64,000 nt of DNA from an uncultured Candidatus Saccharibacteria bacterium (GTDB lineage: Bacteria; Patescibacteriota; Minisyncoccia; Phycocordibacterales; CAYSCM01): NCBI GenBank assembly GCA_964429815.1, contig CAYSCM010000001.1, positions 96,001-160,000 on the forward strand, read 5' to 3'. Made by a program: the position numbers and the translations under genes. Shown here in pieces: positions 1 to 10,704 of the stretch; position 1 is the first letter of the stretch; every line of letters starts with the position of its first letter. A model generated the notes under the pieces. It was not told where the DNA came from and searched no databases. It worked only from the letters and a program-made list of their open reading frames with translations.

Positions 1-700
<700 letters not shown>

Positions 701-1192
701 GCAAACCACAATTGTTTGATTGATTTTGATTACTTTACATTACCCACCTCGATTCTCCTTCGAAGAAACGAGGTTCGAATCACGTGATTTGGGTCACGCG
801 ATTCTCCCACCTCAAACACCCAAAGACCCCAATTTTCGCACATGGGATACGATGTTTTGATGGAATGCAGTTTTCAAAGACTCACACGTGCTCTTGAATT
901 ATGGAACTTCGCTCCATGCTTCCTTCGCTCGTCCGGAAATGAGAATGCGATTCTCGTTTCTCTCACTTCGCTAGGAAGTAAAAAATCCGCTCTGAAGCGG
1001 ACCGTTGGCTAACCGTATACACGGAATTACCCCCGCCGCTTGCTTTTAAAGCTGATCGAATAATTCATACACGTGGGGAGAGTATATGCCGGAGAGCCCT
1101 ACCTTGTCAAACCGAGGCTGTACTGAGAAAACACCAAGGAAAAGGGCCGCCTTGGGGGCGACCCTGCGCGCGAGCAAGATTCAGCGAGATCC

Positions 1193-1663
1193 TTAGGCCA
1201 ACGCCAAGGACCCTTGTCGCTCGCCTTGAAGTTCGGTGTAGAACTCGTGAGTGCGCCTCGCAAGCGCTCGATCCCAGGCCCGCGTGAGGGCGCCAAATGG
1301 GATGAGATTGTCTTCCATGAACGCGAGCGAGACAGGGTTGACGTCGTGGAGCACGCCGCCAGACTCGAGCTGCCGATTGTAGCTGCCTTCGAGCTGTCCC
1401 ATCATGCAAACCGAGTCGTACTGAATGTCGAGAAGACGCCGATTGACGATGCCTTCCCAGTTGCCGCGACCGTAAGTGCGGTCGAGAAACTCCATACCCT
1501 GGCCCACGCGCCTATCTGCCAGAATATCTACGATGTTTGGTGTCGGCTCGAGGCCGAACAGCCCTCCAAGGAAACTGCCTAGCATTTCGTTTCTCCTGCC
1601 TACATCGCCCCGTGCGATGCTTCTTATCGCATTGTAAAAGCGGTCCATTGTCGCGTCAAACAC
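1193..1663 (-). CDS. hypothetical protein (156 aa), no recognisable motif
   Basis: Longest ORF in the region. Its start lies immediately after a terminator hairpin. An overlapping plus-strand ORF (1214..1582) is the alternative. Confidence 0.4.
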   Translation of the reverse strand: MFDATMDRFYNAIRSIARGDVGRRNEMLGSFLGGLFGLEPTPNIVDILADRRVGQGMEFLDRTYGRGNWEGIVNRRLLDIQYDSVCMMGQLEGSYNRQLESGGVLHDVNPVSLAFMEDNLIPFGALTRAWDRALARRTHEFYTELQGERQGSLALA

Positions 1664-1690
1664 AAAACCGCCTGCATCGCAGGCGGTTTT
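1664..1690 (-). terminator. rho-independent terminator hairpin (AAAACCGCCTGC-atc-GCAGGCGGTTTT)
   Basis: Perfect 12-bp stem flanked by A/T runs, directly downstream of the membrane-protein gene stop at 1710. Confidence 0.6.
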
Positions 1691-1709
1691 GCATTAGAGA
1701 TGTTGGCGA

Positions 1710-2402
1710 CTATTTTCCTCGTGCGGCGATCTCTTCGCGCACGCGATCGATGTAGCGACCCGCAGCTGCCTGCCCTCCGAGACCGAAGGAGAGGCCGAGC
1801 GCTAGCGCGATCGCGACGACGACACCCGTGAAGAGAGTCTGGACGAACGCGGTCGCGACCTGGAGCTGATCAAGTGCGGCAAGCACCGCGAAGATCCAGA
1901 TGGACCAACGAGCCATCGTGCCGAGGAAGCGGGCCGAGTGCATTTCGGCGGCTTTGGCGGCCCCTGTGACGAGCGATTGCACGACCTGCGCAATGACAGC
2001 GGCCACCAACAATATCAGGACCGCGACGATCACCTGCGGGAGGTAGGAGAGCACCACATCACGCAAGAATGCGTTGACTTGAGTGAGGCCGAGCACCTCG
2101 AGGGAGGCGACGAGGAAGACGACAATGACGAACCACTTCACGAGACCCCCGAGGAAGGCTCCCGAGTCGAGTGAAAAGCCCGCACGAGAGAGCACTTCAT
2201 CGAAACCAGCCGACTTGAGGGCCTGGTCGACGCGCGCCGCGCGCACAATTTGTGCGACGATGCGACCAAGGCCTGCGCCCACGAGCCATCCGATGATGAA
2301 GATGACCAGAGCGACGATGAGGCTCGGTATGTAGCTGATCACTCCTGCGGAAAGTTCCTGGAATGACTGAGTGAGTACCGTAGCCCACGTATTAAGAAGC
2401 AT
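1710..2402 (-). CDS. integral membrane protein with two 'conserved TM helix' type repeats (MscS-associated-like)
   Basis: 230 aa, multiple hydrophobic helices, internally duplicated segments (…LSYIPSLIVALVIFIIGWLVG… / …LSYLPQVIVAVLILLVAAVIAQ…). Confidence 0.5.
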   Translation of the reverse strand: MLLNTWATVLTQSFQELSAGVISYIPSLIVALVIFIIGWLVGAGLGRIVAQIVRAARVDQALKSAGFDEVLSRAGFSLDSGAFLGGLVKWFVIVVFLVASLEVLGLTQVNAFLRDVVLSYLPQVIVAVLILLVAAVIAQVVQSLVTGAAKAAEMHSARFLGTMARWSIWIFAVLAALDQLQVATAFVQTLFTGVVVAIALALGLSFGLGGQAAAGRYIDRVREEIAARGK

Positions 2403-2561
2403 GTGTATCCGTACTTAAGTAGTTGCTAATGGTGGCGCGAAACGACGCTCCGCGCGCGTGTTGTAATCGAACTGCGGTGTATCTTCATTTTAGCACCTGC
2501 GAAACGGCGCAATGAACGAACGTGTGGAAATGCGAGTCGCTAACGAGGGCTTTCTTGGGCC

Positions 2562-3209
2562 TTATTTTGATGTCTGCTGCAGAGTAGACTCGCTGAGACC
2601 GAATCGATCGACGACGGCGCGATGCGGGTAGTCGAGCACGTCACGCACCAGACGGTCGTAGACGGAGAGGCGGTACTTGAAATCGCTCGTCGAGAAAACC
2701 GCGTAGCGGATCTCTCGGCCTATCTCGCTCTCGAGCCGGCGGATGGCACGCTCGAGAATGCGACGCTTCAAAGCGTCGCCGACGATGAGAATATCGACGC
2801 GGCTGTCGAAATCCTTGAGAAAAATGCCCGCGATGACGACGAACTTGAGCTTCCCCACTCCCGAGAGGCGCTTCATGATATCGGCTTCCTTCACCGGTGA
2901 GGTGTTAAGGAGGAAGCTGCCGAGCGCTTGAAGGTATGGGAAGCGCTCTTCGAGCACAATTCCCTTCACGCGTCGGCGCACTTCGATCTTCTTGCCTCCC
3001 TTTTTCTCAATGACGTCCTTGTAGAATGTTTTGCTCTTGATGAGCCCCGCTGCCCGAAGAAGATTCACCTCGACGCGGATTATCTTCTCGGGCACTTTCG
3101 TACGCGATGCGATATCGCCCAGCTCGTAGACGATGCGGGGATTGAAGACAAAGAGACGGATTACTTTCACGCGAGCTCCCGAGCCGAAGAGTTTACCGAG
3201 GATTTCCAT
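2562..3209 (-). CDS. hypothetical protein (215 aa), possible N-terminal winged-helix
   Basis: Clean ORF with basic/helical content; no catalytic motif recognised. Confidence 0.5.
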   Translation of the reverse strand: MEILGKLFGSGARVKVIRLFVFNPRIVYELGDIASRTKVPEKIIRVEVNLLRAAGLIKSKTFYKDVIEKKGGKKIEVRRRVKGIVLEERFPYLQALGSFLLNTSPVKEADIMKRLSGVGKLKFVVIAGIFLKDFDSRVDILIVGDALKRRILERAIRRLESEIGREIRYAVFSTSDFKYRLSVYDRLVRDVLDYPHRAVVDRFGLSESTLQQTSK

Positions 3210-3448
3210 GGAGTAATTTTAGCATAGAGCTCTTCCCCAGGCGCAAGCAAAAATCGCCCCGGTGGGGCGATTTTTGTGGTGTGGGTACAAAAACCCCGCA
3301 GCGCGGGGTTTTTGTACGAAAGCGTAACTTCGCCACGTGTTTTCTATTCGCCGTCGCTCATAGAAACCCACGGCCCCACCTCACTTCTGAGCCTAGCTAG
3401 GCTCAGCCTGCGGGCGTTCCGGTCGAAAAGTGCTCGAAAATAACTTTG

Positions 3449-3862
3449 TTATTTTAGTGTCACTTTTCCTCCAGCCGCTTCAATTTTCTTTTTGATCTCT
3501 TCTGCCTCTTCTTTCTTGACGCCTTCCTTAAGTTTGGAAGGGGCGCCGTCGACGAGGTCCTTCGCCTCTTTGAGTCCGAGCGCAAGAATTTCTTTGACCA
3601 CCTTGATGACCTGAATCTTCTGAGCGCCCCCATCGGTGAGCTCGATAATGAAGAGGGATTTTTCTTCTGCTGCCTCGCCGCCGCTTGCTCCTGGTGCTGC
3701 CGCAGCCGCGACCGCCGCCGCCGAGACGCCGAATTTCTTCTCAAGCGTCTTTACGAGCTCGTGGAGATCGAGGACCGACATGGTCTCGATCTCTGATATG
3801 AGTTTCTGGAACTTTGCAGGGACTTCAACTGCCTCTGCGGTGACTACTGTTTCATCTGCCAT
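3449..3862 (-). CDS. rplL: 50S ribosomal protein L7/L12
   Basis: 137 aa: Ala-rich hinge ([15 protein letters not shown]) followed by the conserved C-terminal domain ([42 protein letters not shown]...GGKVTLK). Confidence 0.93.
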   Translation of the reverse strand: MADETVVTAEAVEVPAKFQKLISEIETMSVLDLHELVKTLEKKFGVSAAAVAAAAAPGASGGEAAEEKSLFIIELTDGGAQKIQVIKVVKEILALGLKEAKDLVDGAPSKLKEGVKKEEAEEIKKKIEAAGGKVTLK

Positions 3863-3927
3863 AGATTTTGTAGTTAAGCCCTAAAGCGCTACGCGCTCGG
3901 GCAAGCCGATTCTTTAGGCGATCCGCC

Positions 3928-4419
3928 TTAGGCGGATTTAGCCTTCGCAATCTCGTTGAGAGCGATCACGAAGCGCTGAATCGGCGAGTTGATAAGATTG
4001 ACGAACATTCCATGAAGTACTGGTGTCGGGGGAATGGTGGCGATAGCCATCATCTCTTCCTTTCCTTTGAACGCACCTTTAAAGATACCCCCCACGATCG
4101 CGAGATTTTCCTTGAACTTCTTCGCAAACTGAAAGACCTCGCGCGCGGGGGCGACAGCGTCCGCGCCATAGGCGAGGGCTATCTCTCCTTCGAGCTTGGG
4201 CATTTCTCCTTCGTACTTCCCTTTTTCAAGGGCCTTGCGCACAAGCGTCTTTTTTGCGACGGTATAGCCTATCCCCGCGCTGCGGAGCGTCCTGCGCATC
4301 GCGGTCGTGTCCGCGACTGTGAGTCCCTTGAAGTGGACGAACGCGATAGATTCCGCGTTTTTAGCGATTTCCTCAACTCTCTTGAGGACATCGCCTTTCT
4401 TCTTTTTGCTGATTGCCAT
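3928..4419 (-). CDS. rplJ: 50S ribosomal protein L10
   Basis: MAISKKKKGDVLKRVEEIAKNAESIAFVHFKGLTVADTTAMRRTLRSAGIGYTVAKKTLVRKAL... is typical L10. ATG at 4417-4419; the longer ORF upstream of this ATG is low-complexity and not L10-like. Confidence 0.85.
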   Translation of the reverse strand: MAISKKKKGDVLKRVEEIAKNAESIAFVHFKGLTVADTTAMRRTLRSAGIGYTVAKKTLVRKALEKGKYEGEMPKLEGEIALAYGADAVAPAREVFQFAKKFKENLAIVGGIFKGAFKGKEEMMAIATIPPTPVLHGMFVNLINSPIQRFVIALNEIAKAKSA

Positions 4420-4534
4420 TTTTAGAAATAAAAAAGGCCAGTTAATCCCGGCTGAGTTCGACCACTGCGCAGGTACCTGTCGGATTATCCCTTTCTTAGG
4501 GGCCCTGCGGTCCTTGAGGCCAGGTGGGCTGATA
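4420..4534 (-). promoter_or_regulatory. possible rplJ (L10) leader region
   Basis: Positional inference only: a 115-nt untranslated stretch upstream of rplJ, where the L10(L12)4 autoregulatory leader usually lies. Structure not verified. Confidence 0.25.
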
Positions 4535-5056
4535 TTAGCGAGGAAGCGAGGAGGAGTCAAATGTCTCGCCCTCCCCCGCCTCCTGCTTGAGGCGCTCTGC
4601 GCGCCAGCCGACCATATTGGCAAGAAGCTGGAAGAGGGTACCGACCGCGGAGATGGCAAGGACAAAAATCGGGAACCACGCAAAGGGAGTGAGGAAGTAG
4701 AAGAAGCAGATGAAAAGACCCGCCCAGATCCCGAAGCACCACGGACACGCGAGGAGCTCGGCGATGGTGCGCCGCGGCCCATGGGCGGGCTTCTCCCGCA
4801 CGATGACGTACTCCCCCTCCTCGGTCTGTCCTATCTCCTTATCCAAAAACCAGTCCCGGACGAACTGGGTTATTTTGTCGTAGACGAAGAGACGTGTCGC
4901 GCGGAACGTCGCGAGCGCGATGAGTATCGCATCGAACAAAGAAACGGAGACAGGCAAAAGGTCGATCTTGTAGAGGATGTAGCCAAGCCCAAAGAAAACG
5001 ACGCCAAAAAAGAGCGTGAAGATAAAGTTCCAGAACCCCTGGTCATCTTGGTACAT
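4535..5056 (-). CDS. DUF1360-like membrane protein (CPWC motif)
   Basis: 173 aa, 3-4 TM helices, conserved CPWCFGIW motif. Confidence 0.5.
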   Translation of the reverse strand: MYQDDQGFWNFIFTLFFGVVFFGLGYILYKIDLLPVSVSLFDAILIALATFRATRLFVYDKITQFVRDWFLDKEIGQTEEGEYVIVREKPAHGPRRTIAELLACPWCFGIWAGLFICFFYFLTPFAWFPIFVLAISAVGTLFQLLANMVGWRAERLKQEAGEGETFDSSSLPR

Positions 5057-5266
5057 GCCCGTATATTAACGTAAAAACGCCTTTGCTGCCGCCGCTTCCT
5101 GTCGCAGAGCTTTGCTCTCATCGAGATAACCGACGACAAAGATGACGCCGAAGGAGAGAAGAAGGATGAGCGCAAATCCGAACAAAAACTTAAAAAAAGA
5201 CGTATTGAACATCGCTTGTCTTCCCCACTAGTATACCCGGGAAAACCAAGTCCAAAAATCCGATTC

Positions 5267-6286
5267 TCATTGGGCGATTTCGGTTGTCCGATTATACACC
5301 AGTTTCGCGATATTTTGAATGGTCGTGGCTAAGTCCGAAAAATCCTTTCCCTTGGTCATAATACATATAAGGTACGAATTTTCCTTAGCATACACAATGC
5401 CGCAGTCATGGAGGTTCCGCTCGACGATATCTCCCGCGGGAGTGAAAACCGTGCGCTCCCCAAACTTTTGTGCCACCTTGATGTCTTGGGGCACCGCTGC
5501 CTTGATCCCCTGGGTAAAATCCGGTGCCGTAAGAAACTCCATCGCCTTTTGCGAATATTCAGGGGTCAAATAGGTTGCGTTGTAGAGGACTCGGAAGAAA
5601 TATGAATACTGCTTTGCTGAGATAATGGTGACCGTTGGGCTATCGGCATAGGGCAGGGTGAGTCCAAGGTCAGTATACACTTCCGCAAGCGTTTTGAGAT
5701 CAATGTTTTCATCGAGAAGATGGGTCGCATTGTTATCCGAATTTTCAATCATCGCCTGAATAAGATCGATGATTTGGTAATTGCCTGGTTTTAGTTCGTT
5801 GGGAGAGCGAAATTGTTCCTTCGCGTTGTCATCGAATGAACCGTCGTAGGTGACTACCCTCGTAAGAATGCTCGGGTCGGTTTCGGCCTTCTTAAAATAG
5901 GCGATCATGAGCGGAACCTTGAGCAGGCTTGCAGGTGCGAACGGTTCGTTTTCGTCGATACCAAGCCATGAACCTTTAAGTCCTCGCACGTACACCGAGA
6001 CCTTATCGACTTTCCCCGCCGAAACCTGCTCGTCTATATAATGTTCGATCTCGCTCCGTAGTGACGTGGTTTGTGCCAAGTCATTGTTTTCATAGGTCGG
6101 GCACAAAAGGAGCGGCGATATGAGAGAGTACTTCCCCGTTTGCCGGATAGATGGTTCAACCTGTTCTTGACCGAGAGCAGGAGCCAGCGAAACAAAACCA
6201 ATGTGCAGGAAAAAACCCGCAAAAAGCCCCGCGAGAACAAGGGCAATTGGAGGAATTTTCAAGAGCGTGAAGGAGCGTATATTCAT
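5267..6286 (-). CDS. membrane-anchored class A beta-lactamase-like serine hydrolase
   Basis: N-terminal TM helix. S-x-x-K motif (PASLLKVPL), SDN motif (IENSDNNATHLL) and a KTG-like KFG(E) element in class-A spacing. ATG at 6284-6286. Confidence 0.6.
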   Translation of the reverse strand: MNIRSFTLLKIPPIALVLAGLFAGFFLHIGFVSLAPALGQEQVEPSIRQTGKYSLISPLLLCPTYENNDLAQTTSLRSEIEHYIDEQVSAGKVDKVSVYVRGLKGSWLGIDENEPFAPASLLKVPLMIAYFKKAETDPSILTRVVTYDGSFDDNAKEQFRSPNELKPGNYQIIDLIQAMIENSDNNATHLLDENIDLKTLAEVYTDLGLTLPYADSPTVTIISAKQYSYFFRVLYNATYLTPEYSQKAMEFLTAPDFTQGIKAAVPQDIKVAQKFGERTVFTPAGDIVERNLHDCGIVYAKENSYLICIMTKGKDFSDLATTIQNIAKLVYNRTTEIAQ

Positions 6287-6290
6287 GCCG

Positions 6291-7085
6291 CTACAGCGTT
6301 GCCTCTTCCGCTTTAATCTCCTGCGCAAGATCAGTCTTCCCAAGACGCACCGCCGTCGCATAGGCATTGCTGTACGCCGCAGCGGCATCCGCCATGCGCC
6401 CGAGGCTCTTGTAGTAGCGCGCAAGAATGATCCGCAGATCAATGGTGTCGGGTGCAGCGATAATTCCCTGTTTTAAGATGTCCTCCGGTGCGCCTGCCCC
6501 CCTCTTGTACAGAGTCGAATACAGCTGAAAAAGACCGCGGTACGCATTGGTGTCAGCTGCGTTAAGCGCAATTACTTTTTTGTAGTAACCTTCTGCTCTT
6601 GCATAGTCTCTAAGGAAGTTCGTGTAGAGGTCAGCAAGGTTATACAGCGGTGTCGCATTTTTTGGTGCCAGCGCCGTGACATATTCCCATGCGATCCGGG
6701 CCCCTTCATAATCTTCAGCAATTTTGCGCACCGTCCCGAGGCTCGTCCACGCGCCGGCATCCTGCGGGTTTTTAACGAGCATTTGCTCAAACTGGCCTGC
6801 GGCCTTTTGAATTGCATCTTTCTGGTCTTGAGAGAACGAGGCGGAAAGGGTGAGTGGCCGGTTTATTTGAGGCGTTGGAGGGAGTTTAGTCGTAGGGATC
6901 ACCGAAACGGTATAACTGTCGCCGGAGGTGGTAAGGCCCTGGGTCGACGTGGAAAAATCTATCGTTGGAGTGCTTGTGGACTGGGCGGTATCGCTGGAGG
7001 GGGATCGAAAGAACACAAAACCTCCGAGAATGAGGAGCGCAAAGGCAACTCCAATCGCGAGTGCTCGCGAGTTTTTCAAATTCAT
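6291..7085 (-). CDS. TPR-repeat protein with N-terminal membrane anchor
   Basis: TPR-like helical repeats (…AWTSLGTVRKIAEDYEGARIAWEYVTALAPKNATPLYNLADLY…). Start taken at MNLKNS (7085) because the longer N-terminus overlaps a 44-nt palindrome. Confidence 0.6.
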   Translation of the reverse strand: MNLKNSRALAIGVAFALLILGGFVFFRSPSSDTAQSTSTPTIDFSTSTQGLTTSGDSYTVSVIPTTKLPPTPQINRPLTLSASFSQDQKDAIQKAAGQFEQMLVKNPQDAGAWTSLGTVRKIAEDYEGARIAWEYVTALAPKNATPLYNLADLYTNFLRDYARAEGYYKKVIALNAADTNAYRGLFQLYSTLYKRGAGAPEDILKQGIIAAPDTIDLRIILARYYKSLGRMADAAAAYSNAYATAVRLGKTDLAQEIKAEEATL

Positions 7086-7108
7086 TACGCTAGAATACAC
7101 CAGAGGCA

Positions 7109-7152
7109 CGAAACACAAAACCCCACTCATATGAGTGGGGTTTTGTGTTTCG
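7109..7152 (-). terminator. 44-nt perfect palindrome / strong terminator (CGAAACACAAAACCCCACTCAT|ATGAGTGGGGTTTTGTGTTTCG)
   Basis: Perfect 22+22 inverted repeat 30 nt downstream of the stop of the 1163–1173-aa surface-protein gene; T-runs on both strands. Confidence 0.65.
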
Positions 7153-7182
7153 TCGTTGTCTCCGACGAAGCTAACCAGGAGG

Positions 7183-10100
7183 TTAGTTCGAACGAGCCTG
7201 AATCAACCCCGCAGACGGAAGTCCCGGAATTGAGTAGCCGTTGCTGAAGTCGACCGTACCATTGGTTCCATCCCAGAGGCTTGCGGTCGTTGTCGAGTTG
7301 CCTGCCCAGACAAAGTTGCTTGAGCTTGTGGCAATTCCTGACGTTGCGACCTGGAAGCCGGAGGTGAGGTTCGTTTGGTAGGCCGTATCGCTCTTGAGGG
7401 TCGTGACTGCCGAGTAGGTTGTTGCCGTACCCGTCACCGTACCACGAAGCTCAAAGTAGTAGGTCTGGCCCGACGGGACCTGAACAGCGTTCGGGGTCGG
7501 CTGGAAGACCTGCGTCGCGCCTTGCGTAGGCGTTGCGATCGTTGCTCCAACTTGGCCGCCGGTGCCCTGACCAGAGATGGCCTGCGAGTACGAGCTGTCC
7601 GTGAAGCCGTAGAGCGATACGTTCGAGATGTTCATCGAGGTCGTCGCGAACGAGAAGGCGAACTTCGCAACTCCGACAGGTCCTGCGCTGTTAGCCGTCA
7701 CTTTGAATCGCATGAGACGACCGTCCGCTACACCTGACGATGGGAGACTGTCGAGCGAGAGCGTTGGGTAGCTCTTGAAGAAGCGCACCCCAGCGGTCGT
7801 GCTTGAGCCGCTACCCTTGACCGTCTGGCCAGAGGAAGCGCCGGTGCCTTCGAAGCTGCTCGGGTCGACCTCAATGAGATCGCCGACGCCGGTCGGTGCG
7901 CTTACGCTGATGCCGGCGATGTCCGCTTTGATGGTGAGCGGAATGTCGGTATCGCGAGTCACCGTGAAGGGCGAGATGAGCGTCGACGTCGCAATGGTGT
8001 TGGCGCCCGTGAGGGTTGCCGTACCAAGGAGCGTCGAACCGCTGTAGATGTAGAGCTGGGTTAGGTCACCCGCGGCAGTCGACGTGTTACCTGCACCAGT
8101 CTTGCCGAGCGAGCTTGCAGCTGCCGTAAGGCCGAGCTTGATGAGGTTAAACGATTCGTTAGCTGAGCGGATGCGGAATACGCCGACCGTAACGCCCGTC
8201 GTACCAGCCGCATTGATTGCGTAGGATGGCGAGGATGGGTCTACGTTGAGCGTAACCGAGGCGCTCGAGGACACTGTGAGCGTACCGCTGTTTCCGGTGG
8301 TCGGAAGGACGGTAAGCGAGTTGCCCGACTGAACACCCGTGTAGGTGATCGTGTCGCCGGAGTTTACACCGAAGATGTAGGTTGTGGCAGCAGTCGCGGC
8401 GCTCGAGAGATTGCACTGGAGCCCGAGGGTCTTGACCGTTCCCTTCGCAATGGTGATCGCATTGTCGAGGGTAATGGTGTTGGCGCCCGCAGCGACCGTG
8501 TTGAGCGTGTTGCTTCCCGTGTTAAGGGGAGTTGCTCCGTCAAAGAGCTGACAACCGCTGAGGTTTCCTACGGCGCCGGTGCCGCTCTCCCTCACCACAA
8601 GCGAGGAAAGGCGGACGTCTTCCGACGAGCTCGCTGCGTCAAGCTGAATGTTGCTGAAGAGCACATTCTGGCTTCCCGCAACGACGTTTTGCGATGCCGG
8701 GGTAGCAGCCGCGGTTACACCGAGGGCTAGCGTACGAACCGTCATCGTGTTCATCGTGAAGTTGGTCGTCGAGATCGTGATCGAGTTACCCGTTACCTGG
8801 CCCGTTGGGCTCGTCCAACTCGACGGAGTCGTGTTGAGGACAACGGTAGAGCCGCTCGGCCATCCCGTCGAAGGGATTTTACCTTTGAGGGTGTAGGTGC
8901 GCGAGCCAACCGGGAAGGTTACCGAGCTCGTGAAGTTGACGATCGAAGCGGACGCATCTACCGGACCAGCAACGACTGCGCCGTTTTGGTCAACGATCGA
9001 CACGCTGGTGATTTCGCTCACTGACGTCGTACCAGTGGAGGTGACGTTGAACTTCATGCCGGAGACCGTAACTGGCTCGCCTGCGAAGTTCGTGACGAAC
9101 CCGCCGAGAACCGTATTGGGGACGTTAACCGGAATGTTCTGTGAAGCGACCGAGGTTGCATTCTGGATGGTCGTCACCGTACCTGCGTTGATCGTTACCG
9201 TTGAGCCTTGGAAGACTGGCTGACCGCTGGTGTAGGTCGTCGCGTGCGTTGAAGCCGTCGAGACCGTACCAGAACCCGCTGCCATCGCAACGCCGTAGCC
9301 ATAGAGCTGGCCCACGAAGTAGACATCCGAGGTCTTGTCGACGTCGAACTCGGCGATGCGACCGGCAGAGTTGTTGCCTGTGAGGTCGCCCTGGAGGACA
9401 ACATCAATCGAGAAGCCCTTCTGAACGAGGATACCGCCCGGGAAGGACGAGGTCACATAGCGTCCGTCAGCAGAGACTACCGTCGGGTAGTTTGTGCCGT
9501 TGATTACCGCGACAAGGTTGCCGACATCGCTTATCGAAGCAGAACCGTTGATGCGGAAGCGGATGGAGAAGAGTTTGAGATCTTCTGCTGAACCCGCGGT
9601 GAAGCGAACGCCTGTGAAGCGAACAGCGGTTGCGCCGATGTTCTTGGTAGTGGCCGCGTTCGGGTCAAGCGAAGAAATCGCTGTCGTGACCGAACCGAGG
9701 CTGAGGGTTCCGTTGACCGTATTTGCCGCACCCGTGATCGGGAGAGCACCTGAAACCGTGGCAGTAGTGTTAACTGCGACTACGGAGATCGCGGCTACTT
9801 GACCGGCATAGCTGCCGAGGCTTGAGCCCATGTTACCCGCAATCGTGTAGTTCGACGTTCCGGCCGGGACCGTAAAGGTTCCGCCGACCGTCGCATTGTG
9901 ATTGCTGTCGAAGGTCTGGGTGTTGCCGATCTGGAGACCGTTGCTGTCGACAAGTACGACGCTTGCAAAGGCCGCATCAGCTGCGAGTCCTGTGCGCTGG
10001 ACCGTGACACCGTTTACGGTGACCGGAGCGCCGCTGTTGTTCGTGATCGTGAAGTTCGTGAATGGAACACGCACTGCGCTCGTTGGCGCCAGCGAGTTCG

Positions 10101-10704
10101 CCGGCTGGGCTCCGCCTGAGACCATGATGGTTCCTGCTGTGGTGCCTGTGCCGCCGGTCGTGCCGGTGCCGCCGGTCGTGCCGGTCGTGCATGCGGCGTT
10201 CACAGCTGCGCGGGTCTTAGGACCGAAGTAGCCGGCCGCCGGAGCTATCCCGTTGGCGGTCTGGTACTTGCCGAGCGCTGCTGCCGTTTTGCTGCCGAAG
10301 TAGGTGGACTCATTGCCGGGAGAACCCGAACCCGATGCTGCAACCTGAGTCGCCGCTTTCGAGTTTAGGAACTGCTGAAGGGCCTTAACATCCGCTCCCG
10401 AGGAACCGACGGTGAGGCTGCGAGACCAGGTGTACGGGCAGACAGCGGCGCCTGAGGTAGTCGTGCCGCCGGTCGTGCCGCCCGTGGTCGGGAGACCAAG
10501 AAGCGAAGCGTTGACATTGTTGATCGTCGCTTGGTCGGCCCCGAAGGACTGGAGGAGCGAGAGGATTGACTGGATCTGGCTCTGCGTAAGTGCCGCTGCC
10601 TGTGCAGGCGAGGTCACGAACGAGAAGAGCGCGATAGCCATCCCGACAGCAACTGCAACCGCCGCAATTTTCATCACGGCTTTGTTTGTAATGCTGGAAT
10701 TCAT
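7183..10704 (-). CDS. very large secreted cell-surface protein with a peptidoglycan-binding (PG_binding_1-like) domain and Thr/Gly linkers
   Basis: Signal peptide (MKIAAVAVAVGMAIALFSFVTSPAQA). PG-binding-like module (…GADVKALQQFLN…YFGSKTAAALGKYQTANGIAPAAGYFGPKTRAAVNAAC). TTGGTGTTGGTGTTAGT linkers. About 1000 aa of Thr/Ser/Gly/Val-rich beta-strand repeats. Start could be 10674 or 10704. Confidence 0.7.
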   Translation of the reverse strand: MNSSITNKAVMKIAAVAVAVGMAIALFSFVTSPAQAAALTQSQIQSILSLLQSFGADQATINNVNASLLGLPTTGGTTGGTTTSGAAVCPYTWSRSLTVGSSGADVKALQQFLNSKAATQVAASGSGSPGNESTYFGSKTAAALGKYQTANGIAPAAGYFGPKTRAAVNAACTTGTTGGTGTTGGTGTTAGTIMVSGGAQPANSLAPTSAVRVPFTNFTITNNSGAPVTVNGVTVQRTGLAADAAFASVVLVDSNGLQIGNTQTFDSNHNATVGGTFTVPAGTSNYTIAGNMGSSLGSYAGQVAAISVVAVNTTATVSGALPITGAANTVNGTLSLGSVTTAISSLDPNAATTKNIGATAVRFTGVRFTAGSAEDLKLFSIRFRINGSASISDVGNLVAVINGTNYPTVVSADGRYVTSSFPGGILVQKGFSIDVVLQGDLTGNNSAGRIAEFDVDKTSDVYFVGQLYGYGVAMAAGSGTVSTASTHATTYTSGQPVFQGSTVTINAGTVTTIQNATSVASQNIPVNVPNTVLGGFVTNFAGEPVTVSGMKFNVTSTGTTSVSEITSVSIVDQNGAVVAGPVDASASIVNFTSSVTFPVGSRTYTLKGKIPSTGWPSGSTVVLNTTPSSWTSPTGQVTGNSITISTTNFTMNTMTVRTLALGVTAAATPASQNVVAGSQNVLFSNIQLDAASSSEDVRLSSLVVRESGTGAVGNLSGCQLFDGATPLNTGSNTLNTVAAGANTITLDNAITIAKGTVKTLGLQCNLSSAATAATTYIFGVNSGDTITYTGVQSGNSLTVLPTTGNSGTLTVSSSASVTLNVDPSSPSYAINAAGTTGVTVGVFRIRSANESFNLIKLGLTAAASSLGKTGAGNTSTAAGDLTQLYIYSGSTLLGTATLTGANTIATSTLISPFTVTRDTDIPLTIKADIAGISVSAPTGVGDLIEVDPSSFEGTGASSGQTVKGSGSSTTAGVRFFKSYPTLSLDSLPSSGVADGRLMRFKVTANSAGPVGVAKFAFSFATTSMNISNVSLYGFTDSSYSQAISGQGTGGQVGATIATPTQGATQVFQPTPNAVQVPSGQTYYFELRGTVTGTATTYSAVTTLKSDTAYQTNLTSGFQVATSGIATSSSNFVWAGNSTTTASLWDGTNGTVDFSNGYSIPGLPSAGLIQARSN

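Noticed and set aside
760-790. GGTTCGAATC (T-loop-like) motif at ~774-783 suggesting a tRNA upstream of the 23S gene
   Set aside because: Flanking sequence cannot form a T-stem or acceptor stem. Probably part of the rRNA leader or processing stem.
1099-1409. Minus-strand ORFs 1099..1296 and 1107..1409, and plus ORF 1214..1582
   Set aside because: Arg/Pro-rich translations typical of out-of-frame GC-rich sequence. They overlap the longer 1193..1663 ORF, so only one can be real and none has a motif.
4307-5074. 255-aa plus-strand ORF across the rplJ leader and the DUF1360 gene
   Set aside because: Antisense to two well-supported minus-strand genes. Low-complexity charged translation.
10140-10190. 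Short tandem nucleotide repeats (18-nt units) as possible CRISPR or minisatellite
   Set aside because: They lie inside the surface-protein ORF and encode its TTGG linker. There are no spacer-like unique segments and no cas genes.
7375-10231. Multiple 60-120-aa ORFs on both strands inside 7183-10836
   Set aside because: All are embedded in the large surface-protein gene. GC-rich repetitive coding sequence generates long antisense frames.
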